From assembly GCA_002269645.1 (NCBI GenBank), contig NIVC01000322.1, positions 165,396 through 229,395 on the forward strand: a stretch of 64,000 nt of DNA. The letters run 5' to 3'. Of this stretch, positions 54,033 to 64,000 are shown in pieces. The translations under genes and the position numbers were made by a program. Within the stretch, counting starts at the first letter, position 1. Each line of letters opens with the position of its first letter. The notes beneath the pieces are model-generated. The model was given only the letters and a program-made list of their open reading frames with translations, had not been told where the DNA came from and searched no databases. The stretch is from Macrostomum lignano (taxonomy: Eukaryota).

Positions 54033-54587
54033 TCAAGTTAAGAGATTTACTTTGGTATCGTTTTTTGCTCCCATTGCGACAATTTTCCCAGTATGAAAGA
54101 CGTTGCAAAAGAGTCTTGGAGTTTTTGACTGTCTTGAACTGATTGCCTGCGGAAAAAAAACTTCTGCATCGTAGGTTGCCCTAAAGTCTCCATAGTTTGC
54201 GACACAGCTTTTTAAATAGTGGAAGATGTTTCTCCCAGGAAACTGAGCTTGACCAACCAATGTAGAAGTTTGAACGTGGACAGAATCGAAATCCAGTTTG
54301 TAAATAGTAATTTCGTTAACAAACTGTAAAATCGATGCCACGTCCGCATTCATATTGCGGCAAAAAATTGTCAGCCTTCCGTTGGGATAAAGCTGAATAG
54401 TTGAATCCACAAATTTAAATTTGCACACAGTAGGCCTCGCTTTAAAGACCTTGCACGAATATGACTTTCGAGCTAACGCTGCCTCATACAGAGCTTTTCT
54501 CCAGGAGAGATTTTTAGTGCGACACCAAAAATGAGAGGCACCAAGCGCTGAAAGAAGAAAAACAAAGGCTGAGTGGATTTCACCCAA
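54033..54587 (-). CDS. Divergent TATA-box-binding protein (TBP)-like ORF within the viral relic
   Basis: Repeat 2 FDSVHVQTSTLVGQAQFPGR...TYDAEVFFPQAI...PRLFCNVFHTGKIVAMGAK parallels TBP [20 protein letters not shown]...YEPELFPGLI...PRIVLLIFVSGKVVLTGAK. Repeat 1 is weaker (KVF...IQLYPNGRLTIF). The frame stays open upstream to ~54715 with no ATG. Confidence 0.8.
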   Translation of the reverse strand: MGEIHSAFVFLLSALGASHFWCRTKNLSWRKALYEAALARKSYSCKVFKARPTVCKFKFVDSTIQLYPNGRLTIFCRNMNADVASILQFVNEITIYKLDFDSVHVQTSTLVGQAQFPGRNIFHYLKSCVANYGDFRATYDAEVFFPQAISSRQSKTPRLFCNVFHTGKIVAMGAKNDTKVNLLT

Positions 54588-56515
54588 AATATAGAAATGT
54601 TCCTGGCGGAACCTGGGTAGCCAATGTATTTCGTATCCACAACCGTTTCTTTTAAATTGAATATCGATTTGGATTTAGAATTCGGATTTGGATTAGGATT
54701 TGGATTCAGTTGGCTTCAGAGTCGCTCGATGTGGACTGCTCCGCGGCGGCCGCGAGGTGATGTTGATATGCCAGGTCTTTAGAAGCCACCCGAGTTCCGC
54801 CAGTTGACGTTGAGATAGGTGACCCCGTAGAACTCACCAGTGCCTTGGCCGGGGACGGAACTTCAGCCGGGGCCAGCCGGTCGCTCTGTGTGGCTGCAGG
54901 CTTCGGTTTCTTGGGCGCAGGAGGCCGGCAAGGTGCCGCCAGCTTTTTTGGTGGTTGCTTTTTCTTGTAGCTAATGGTTCTAGCAAATACTACTTTTTCT
55001 CTGCTATTTTCTATAATCCTATATAGGCTGTAAGCAAACTAAGAGCAGAAGGAAAGACTCAGAGCCATAGTTATTAGGTGGAGCCAGAAATGAGGAAGCC
55101 CTACAAGTTAAAACCGATAGTGTTTGTTGATATAGAAGAAGACGAGGAGGTGTATATGCAGGCGTCGCAGTCCGCAGACACCCTCGCCGACGAGTAGAAA
55201 CACAAAATTCATTTTTCCTAATTCTTCCCAACTTTCAGTCACAACAACAGTTACAATGGAGTCAACGCCGATTAAAGCACCGCCATGCACGTCCCGCGCG
55301 GCAATTTTCACCGCGTTGACGCACTTCATACGTGATGAGTGGTGTCCGGCCCCCTCGGTTGCCGCGAATACGAGATTCAGTGAGCTGGCGAGTACGCGAC
55401 TGGCGACTGGCTGCCAAAGCCTTTATCCGTACATTTTGCAGCTGCACGTTTGCGTTGCATTTACTGCTTAATTAAAACGCAGTGTTTCCTGCCTTCCTTT
55501 AGCATCTGACTGTTGTATTCCAATCGATTAGAAGTGCTGTGTATCTATTCTAGTCTTTTTCTTCGTGAGAGGATGCTTTGTCTTTTAATCGCAAGCACAA
55601 CTGCACCACTATTCTATCGCGTGCAATTGCGTGGACAACTCTTGTGCATATGCTAACCACTATATAGACGGGACGTACATCTGCTTAGTAGCCTATTTTC
55701 AGTAGGCTGGACAACATTTTACGCCTAAATCCCCGAGATCTGTAGAGATTGTTGCATGGTGTGAGCTTTAAATAAATGAACAATTCTGGTGCACTTTCAA
55801 AACTCGAATGAATTTCATTAATAGTGTTCATTAATTACGTCTACATGCAAAGTACAAAAGTCATGTATGTGTAGTAAATGTGCTGTGGTAAATGTACCAG
55901 GTACATAGACGTCAAGGGAAGCAAATTTCTTATTCTTATTCTTAGGACTTAAAGTACTTCTTTAATGTACTTTGAAGTGGCCATGAAAATTTGCGCCAAA
56001 TGAATTGCAAATGCTCGTTTCAAACTGCTATATCTACATATATTGAAGTAGTGGTATTTTTACTAGTTTATAAATCGTATACTATTTCTTTAAAATAGTA
56101 TGTTTACGTACTTTCTTAAAAAATACTGTATTCAAATTCGCCGCCAAAGTTTTGTGTAAACTTTTGTCTTAAAAATACTCTATAGCTCGTAAGTGAGCAG
56201 AAACCGAGAAAACGAGAAAGCCTTTCAATTCAACAGTAATATTTTTCCAACTTTGGAAAGTTAACCAAATTCGATATTTGCAGTTTTAAAAGACTTTGTC
56301 ATTCCCTTAGAGACCCAACAAATGGGAGATTTACATATGTACATGTAAGAACCGTTTAGAAACGAGACTTAGTAGTCTGAAGTAGATCGCCTGACCCTCT
56401 GATCGCGGGAACGCACGGACTGAGAGAAATCCCTCTAGGAGTAAAATACGTGTAGAAATAAACAGGAATAGAATTCAGTGACATATAACCGCTCAGGCCA
56501 GTAAATAGTACATAC

Positions 56516-56758
56516 GGGAGCACGAGATTTTCCCGCGAGAGTTTCTCGCCGAGGTTTTCCCACGGGGTTTTTCCTGTGGGAATTTTAAGTCAAATCCTGT
56601 CTTATGGTCAATGCTGGACTAGATTAGAGCTAGTCTAGACTAGACATAAACTAGACTAGATTTCAAATCCGATTGGATTTGACTTAAAATTCCGACAAGA
56701 AAAACCCTACCGGAAAACCTCGGCTGGAAAACTTCTTGCGGGAAATTCTCATAGACCC
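56516..56758. mobile_element. 243-bp MITE, Mutator-like
   Basis: Imperfect TIRs of ~85 bp; ends GGGAGCACGAGA / CTCATAGACCC; perfect 9-bp duplication AGTACATAC. Confidence 0.85.
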
Positions 56759-57224
56759 AGTACATACAGTCCGCTACTACTATGCAGTGAATACGCTACC
56801 GGCTATACATGAAATATATTAGTGGCAGCTTTTAGGATTTAAAGAAGTGCAGAACGCCTACCTAGCACAATATATACAGATGATACAAATGGGTGCTTAA
56901 AGCCAACGTTGTCAGTTGAGAAAGGGCGCAGACAGGGGCACCTTGAGTGGTTATCTACTACATGTATATTAGTTGGCCCGGCCCTTAGCTATCGGCTGGC
57001 AAAACATGTTGCAGCATGTACATGTAAAGAATACAAATATGTGCATGTACGAACTAGCTACATGTTATAGCTAGTTACTGACGCCCCCGAAGCCCCCAAC
57101 CCCCAACGACGCAGCCCCTCGAAGAAAAATACTAGTACAAGCTCGTAGATATGCATATGTACGATTTTGCATGTACTTAGGATACACTTCCCAATCACTA
57201 CTATTCCTAAAACTTAAACTTCCC

Positions 57225-57465
57225 AAATTAAACCCTACACTTCCCAAACCTCATACTTTCCAAACCTTAAATTCCCAAACCCTACACTTCCCAAACCCTA
57301 CACTTCCCAACCCTACACTTCCCAAACCCTACACTTACCAAACCCTACACTTACCAATCCCTACACTTTCCAAACCTTAAACTTCACAAACTGTTAACTC
57401 CATATTTATTGAACTTCCAAAAACCTACACTTCAAAAAACAAACCTACACTTCACAAACCCTAGA
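57225..57465 (+). repeat. ~16-bp repeat CAAACCCTACACTTCC
   Basis: Degenerate tandem array. Confidence 0.85.
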
Positions 57466-57645
57466 CTTCTCACACATGAAAATCAATATTTTTACTCAAA
57501 ATGTTTTTACAATATGCATTAATGAGATTTACAATTTGGATTTTATATATTACATGTAAGTAAATATTTTGTGCAATACAGATTATACGAGGTGCACTAG
57601 AGGACACCTTAGAGGAAAAGTTATGACAAGATTTATGATACTCAG

Positions 57646-58945
57646 ACTCCTGCTCGCGCCTCTGGTGCTAAAGCCTCTGGTGCTAAAGCTCCTCGTGCTA
57701 AAGCCTCTGGTGCTAAAGGCCCTGGTGCTAAAGCCTCTGGTGCTAAAGCCCCTGGTGCTATAGCCCCTGGTGCTAAAGCCCCTGGTGCTGGCGCCCTGGT
57801 GCGAAGGCTCCTGGTGCTAAAGCCTCTGGTGCTAAAGCTCCTCGTGCTAAAGCCTCTGGTGCTAAAGGCCCTGGTGCTAAAGCCCCTGGTGCTAAAGCTT
57901 CTGATGCTAAAGCCCCTGGTGCTAAAACCCCTGGTGCTAAAGCCTCTGGTGCTAAAGCCCCTGGTGCTAAAGCCTCTGATGCTAAAGCCTCTGGTGCTAA
58001 AGCCTCTGGTGCTATGGCCCCTGGTGCTAAAGCCCCTGGTGCTGGCGCCCTGGTGCTAAAGCCCCTGGTGCTAAAGCCTCTGATGCTAAAGCCTCTGGTG
58101 CTAAAGCCTCTGGTGCTATGGCCCCTGGTGCTAAAGCCCCTGGTGCTAAAGCCTCTGGTGTTAAAGCCCCTGGTGCTAAAGCCCCTGGTGCTGGCGCCCT
58201 GGTGCGAAGGCTCCTGGTGCTAAAGCCCCTGGTGCTAAAGCCTCTTGTGCTAAAGCCTCTTGTGCTAAAGCCTCTTGTGCTAAAGCCCCTGGTGCTAAAG
58301 CCCCTGGTGCTGGCGCCCTGGTGCGAAGGCTCCTGGTGCTAAAGCCCCTGGTGCTAAAGGCTCTGGTGGTAAAGGCCCTGGTGCTAAAGCCCCTGGTGCT
58401 AAAGCCCCTGGTGCTAAAGCCCCTGGTGCTAAAGCTCCTCGTGCTAAAGCCTCTGGTGCTAAAGCCCCTGGTGCTAAAGCCTCTGATGCTAAAGCCTCTG
58501 GTGCTAAAGCCTCTTGTGCTATAGCCCCTGGTGCTAAAGCCCCTGGTGCTGGCGCCCTGGTGCGAAGGCTCCTGGTGCTAAAGCCCCTGGTGCTAAAGCC
58601 TCTGGTGTTAAAGCCCCTGGTGCTAAAGCTCCTCGTGCTAAAGCCTCTGGTGCTAAAGGCCCTGGTGCTAAAGCCCCTGGTGCTAAAGCCCCTGGTGCTA
58701 AAGCCCCTGGTGCTGGCGCCCTGGTGCGAAGGCTCCTGGTGCTAAAGCCCCTGGTGCTAAAGCCTCTGGTGTTAAAGCCTCTGGTGCTAAAGCTCCTCGT
58801 GCTAAAGCCTCTGGTGCTAAAGACCCTGGTGCTAAAGCCTCTGGTGCTAAAGCCCCTGGTGCTAAAGCTTCTGATGCTAAAGCCCCTGGTGCTAAAGCCC
58901 CTGGTGCTGGCGCTCTGGTGTAAAGGCTCCTGGTGCTAAAGCCCT
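57646..58945 (+). repeat. 15-bp tandem array CCTGGTGCTAAAGCC (reads PGAKA)
   Basis: About 85 units with higher-order structure; recurrent 14-bp units break the frame. Confidence 0.95.
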
Positions 58946-59173
58946 AAAAAAATCGAGTACACGCCCCCTTTGGAATGTATACAAGACTCTTTCACGCATG
59001 TGTTAGGCACACGGTAGCATGCTAATTAAAAGTCATAAATGTACACAAAATCTTGATGAATGAAGTGGGACACAATTTAAACCGCACGAAGTTGAATTTA
59101 AATCTATCGGTGAGTCGATATCGAGTTGAAGCTTAGATCATGCTTCTTTACAATGTTGTAGTATTTTGTGTAG

Positions 59174-59501
59174 TCACTTCGCATTTGCCGAGCGGTTTCT
59201 CGTCAAAAATTCCAGAATCCGATTGAGTTGCTCTCTATGTTCGATCAGCTCAAACTGCACCTCTCGGTGCCGACACTCCGCCTGCTTAGCCAGCTCCTCC
59301 GTTGCCTTGTCCAGCTCGCCTTCCACGAAAGCTCCGAGTACGTCGACATCGCTTCGATTTCGTTCCACACCGCGACGTAGCTTTGCCCGGCATTGACGCA
59401 GCTGTGTAGCTTGGTAAATCAGGTAGGCCTTGTAGTCTTCGGGGTAGTCGGCGAATGACTCCCGATTTTGCCACCAGGGTTGTTTCTGCAATTAGAATTA
59501 A

Positions 59502-59573
<72 letters not shown>

Positions 59574-59584
59574 TAGTAGTAGTG

Positions 59585-59642
<58 letters not shown>

Positions 59643-62517
59643 CAGTTTCCTAGCGAAGCAACGTCTTTCTACTCTAGTCGTCCATGAACGCATTTTTATC
59701 ATATATTTGAAGTACAAATATTGTTCACCTTTTCCGACGCGAAAGTTGCTACTCTGTTAACCTTGGTAGCCGTACATCTGCGAGCCCGATTGAGTAGCAT
59801 TACGATGTAGTGCAGACTGGATAGCGGAGCTGGCAAAGGACTCACTGTCGAGTATTCGAGAAGCATTCTGCAATTTAATATATTGCAGATTATAGTTCAG
59901 AAACATTAACGGCTGGTAGGCTACTTTGCCCCATTTGTCCTGCTCCCCAGAGCATTTACTTTATTCTTACAAGTACATACAGTACATACGATTGCTACAT
60001 TCAAAATACTTTAGCATGCACGAAAAATAACCGAACAAGACCCACCTGTAACGATTCCGACGCCATATGGCGATGCACTTGACATCCATCACTGCCACTC
60101 GCATGCTGAAGAGAGCAATCAACAGGTTCACCAGCACAATATTGACAACTATCAGGAATAGGAACACCAGGTATTTGCTGAACGCCACGAATCCCGAGCT
60201 GGCGGCGCACTCGAAATTGCCCGCCTGTCGCGTTTCATTGCAAGAGTCGAAATCAACCTTGCCAAAGTCGCCGAACATCAGGTGCATGGGAACAACGAAT
60301 ATGTGCTTGAAAATGGCGCGGGGCTGTCTGGTCACAGAGCTTGACATGATGGGGAAAAGCAGAGTAGTAAAAAATATCCCGAATGCGATAATGATGACGA
60401 AAGCGAAGTTAAAGAACGGCCAAAAGTCTTTGTAGAGCAGGCTGAGAAACATAGAGATCTTGGCCCCAGTGACTTTGAAGTAGTTGTAGAGGCTCACCAG
60501 GCGAAAGGCGCAGAACAGAAACGAGGCGCCCATTACGCTTTGACTGGCGTACAAAGCCTGCTCATTATGGCCGTACTGACCCAGCATTTTGAGCACAAGG
60601 CCGGTCCATATGAGCAGCAGGGCTATCAGGTCAACGTAAGCAAGCCCGAGAGTAAAGTTCCGACTAACTCTTCTGCTAGTGGTAAAGAACACCTCCCTTA
60701 GCTCGTGAATTGTCGCAAGCTGATTGAACCATTGCAGAGTGTGCGACGCGGCGCACAGACCCATAACTATGTCCACCTCCATGTGCTTCAGAGTTCGACC
60801 AAAGTCCATCAGGTACCATCCGAAGAAGCCGAGAAACAGGAACCAGTATACCGATGCGAGAATGAACTTTACCTGAATGGTGCAGCCACGCTTCGAGCAG
60901 CAGGGCGAAACTTCATTGCCACCCAGCCAACGGGGTTTGTCGCTGAAGTCGGCGTCGTCAGCCTCGTGTCTCCAAGGCAGCGGTGGCGGCAGCTTCCAGT
61001 ACTTCGACACCAGCTTGCTAATGCATTCAGTGCCAAAAAGCTCGACTGAATCAACAATGTCCACCAGCTCCATGGCCGATACGAACTCCAACTGGCTGTC
61101 GGCCGGTCTGCGACCTCTGGTGTTGAGACACTGCGGATTGAGAAACATCGGTCCTCTGACGCCGTTTGAGTCGATGAAACTCGCAGTCAAGTAGCCGAAG
61201 AGCAGCTGTCGTTCATTCTCCGACCCATTCGAGTACAGTGCTTCGAGCACGTTGACCAACACATTCAGAGCCTGAGTCTTGGCTCCGAGTAGCTGATCGA
61301 GCTTGCCTTGTCGCAGTTTAATTTTCAGTCTCAGCTGAATCAGCAAGTACAGCGTCTTTGGAATGATGTCGAATTGTGGCAGCATTGATAGTTCGGACAC
61401 TAAATTGGTTCTACTACAGAATATGGCAAAGTCAATTAGAGAAGGACTCTGGCTGTCGATTAGAATGGGTCGAATAGTCTCATTCGTGAGAAAATGTTCC
61501 AACGATCGACCATTGGTCAGCAGAGCAACCTGTAACTTGCTAATCACGCTTGGACTCATGTCTGCTGCGACAAACTCGCTAGCGATCAGATCACGAAGAA
61601 TCTCAGGTGAGTCCAGTTCCAGTGCTCGAAGAAGCCATCTCATTTGAGCCGATTGTTGAACGATTGAACTGGAATTTTGCCCATCATTTTTGGGTTTGAC
61701 TTCGTTGTTTCTGTCCAAGCTGGTTCCCACCATCTGACCATTGAAAAGAGACAGTCTGCTTAGAGCGACTGACTTCTCTGGAAGCGGCAGGCCACTCTCT
61801 AGAGGGTCAATTAACACTAGTAGGTCTCTGAGTTCCATTGAAGCGGATGCTGCTGCATTTATCAGTGCCTGCAGCTCTCCAGAGCAGCACGCCAGAGTGA
61901 CGCAATTTTGTCCGGAAGCTGTCTGAACGGTCAGGTCCAGACTCTGATCCAACAGAAACTTGATGTTCTTCTCGTGCCCTGCTTGACACGCCAGGTGAAG
62001 GCAGGTGGCTCCGCACAGGTCACCCCGAAGTCACGCAAAGATTCACCAAATCGTTAACGCTCAGTTCGCATAGCTGACTGAGCTCGGGCAGCAAATCCTC
62101 GAGTTGGTATCGACAGGCGAACACATGAACAGCATGAAGACCCTGTGAGTTGGTCTGGAGCGGGCCAAATGTCGGCTTCAAGTCGGACTGGGAAAGTCGG
62201 TGAAGAATCCGCTTCAATGCCTTCTGCTCCAGTTCGGTGCCGAGCAGGCAGTTCCTTAGACAGCCGTTTTCCTGACCGGGATCAACCCCAGCTTTGAGTA
62301 GACAGTGAACGGTGCTTGCAAACTTTTCTAAGTCGAAGTCATCGAAAGATTGATTAGATTGGAAGAGGGCGTGCAGCAGAGTGCTTTCACTGGGGTCGGT
62401 GACGGCTGCCCACTGTGAGAAATCTTTGCTCAACTTTTGCGTGTCAATCAAAGCGAAGTTCTTTGACTTGCATGCCTGGAACAGTTCTGCCGATCTGCGC
62501 TGAGACAACGCGTCCAT
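59174..62517 (-). CDS. TRP cation channel, ankyrin repeats plus TRPM-like transmembrane and C-terminal region
   Basis: Exons 62517-60046, 59867-59729, 59485-59174 with GT-AG junctions in phase. Ankyrin motifs TLLHALF, HAVHVFA, TCLHLACQAGHEKNIKFLL. Six TM-like segments, PMHLMFGD pore, NIVLVNLLIALF...IWRRNRYRMLLEY...PLPAP. One extra G at ~62022-62025 breaks the frame. Confidence 0.85.
59503..59643 (+). repeat. (TAG)n microsatellite in the last TRP intron
   Basis: Tandem array ending ~17 nt from the acceptor. Confidence 0.97.
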
Positions 62518-62989
62518 TTTGTTAGACAGTTGATCTCACTCGCTCTGCTTTCGAGAGATGCTTTTTGTTGTAGAATTCCTTTTTCCACTGAACTGTAGTT
62601 AAACTGTACAATTCTCGAGGTAAACACAATTCTATTTTCGCTTTTTTCCTTCCAGCAGTGTTGCTTTTCCATCTGAACTCCACTGTTTTTAATCTAAGTG
62701 CCTGACGGCTGACGCCTATCTCTTGAGGCCGAAGCAATAACAATAAACACGCTGCCTCTTTAGGCAGTCTGCTAGATTTTCTTGTTTTCTTCAGATATCT
62801 GGTGAGTCAGAACCCAAACTTGTTGGCGCTTGAGAGTGAGCATAAACATGACCCCAGCTATCTTCAGACTAATGCGAGTGTTGCTAAAAGTGCTAAAAAC
62901 AGCACGATATTACCTTCCATCATGGTTAAAAAGCCCACGTTTTCCACAGAAGTTTACAGGCTATACATATTTTTCTAGCAGCCAGTAGG

Positions 62990-63810
62990 TTAGAGAAGGG
63001 GTTAGACAGGTAGATAGGAGGGGTGAGACAGGTAGATAGAATGGGTGGGACAGGTAGATAGAATGGGTGGGACAGGTAGATAGAATGGGTGAGACAGGTA
63101 GATAGAAGGGGTAAGACAGGTAGATAGAAGGGGTGAGACAGGTAGATAGAAGAGTTGAGACAGGTAGATAGAAGGGGTGAGACGGGTAGATAGAAAGGGT
63201 GAGACAGATAGATAGAAGGGGTGAGACGGTAGATAGAAGAGTTGAGACAGGTAGATAGGAGGGGTGGGACAGATAGATAGAAGGGGTGAGACAGGTAGAT
63301 AGAATGAGTGAGACAGGTAGATAGAAGGGCTGAGACAGGTAGATAGAAGGGGTGAGACAGGTAGATAGAAGGGGTGAGACAGGTAGATAGAAGAGTTGAG
63401 ACAGGTAGATAGGAGGGGTGGGACAGATAGATAGAAGGGGTGAGACAGGTAGATAGAAGGGGTGAGACAGGTAGATAGAAGGGGTGAGACAGGTAGATAG
63501 AATGGGTGAGACAGGTAGATAGAATGGGTGAGACAGGTAGATAGAAGGGGTGAGACAGGTAGATAGAAGGGGTAGATAGAAGGGTGAGACAGGTAGATAG
63601 AAGGGGTGAGACAGGTAGATAGAGGGTGAGACAGGTGGATAGAATGGGTGAGACGGTAGATAGAAGAAGGGGTGAGACAGGTAGATAGAAGGGGTAAGAC
63701 AGGTGAGATAGAATGGGTGAGACAGGTAGATAGAAGGGTTGAGACAGGTAGATAGAAGGGGTGAGACAGGTGTAGAAGGGTTGAGACAGGTAGCTAGAAG
63801 GTGAGACAGG
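62990..63810 (+). repeat. ~21/22-bp minisatellite GAGACAGGTAGATAGAAGGGGT
   Basis: Tandem array. Confidence 0.95.
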
Positions 63811-64000
63811 ATGTAGCCCCAAAGAAGTAATATTTGAATAAGTAGATATTCATTTGCTAAAACAACCAAGATTTGTCTCCAATATAATCCGCGTTGAAAA
63901 AATACGCTACAAAATATCCATAAAGCATTCAAACGAAATTAACGACAGCTAAATAATTAGATTTTACATCAACAGGTTAGTAAAGACTGAAACAAAAAAG

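Noticed and set aside
55090-55471. Small plus-strand ORFs beside the viral relic
   Set aside because: Short, with no recognisable domain; cannot be assigned to the element.
50545-56500. Polinton terminal inverted repeats, pPolB, integrase or packaging ATPase
   Set aside because: Scattered AGTAGT strings do not pair into TIRs and no such motifs were recognisable, so element boundaries are undefined.

Overview
Repeat-rich animal genomic DNA, most likely the flatworm Macrostomum lignano. This is inferred from two near-copies of its 45-nt spliced leader (reference recalled from memory) and from GC-rich, CAG-rich coding exons in AT-rich surroundings. Host genes: an array of intronless secreted PAN/Apple + C-type lectin genes (one intact, one frameshifted, one truncated), a two-DCX-domain DCLK-type kinase (5 exons, one GC-AG intron), NDUFA8 (3 exons), intronless RAD6/UBE2A, and a TRP channel with N-terminal ankyrin repeats on a TRPM-like pore/C-terminus. 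Mobile DNA: solo LTRs, two Helitron helicase relics, CMC/EnSpm-like, Mutator/foldback-like, hAT-like, Tc1-like and mariner elements, a LINE RT fragment and many minisatellites. Two stand-out observations: (1) a decayed Maverick/Polinton (adintovirus-like) segment at about 51.2-55 kb carrying major capsid, adenain protease, a zinc-finger ORF, a deoxynucleoside kinase and a divergent TATA-binding protein; (2) a solo LTR (134-1079) whose predicted R region holds two tandem spliced-leader copies. All calls come from reading the sequence by eye; no searches were run.
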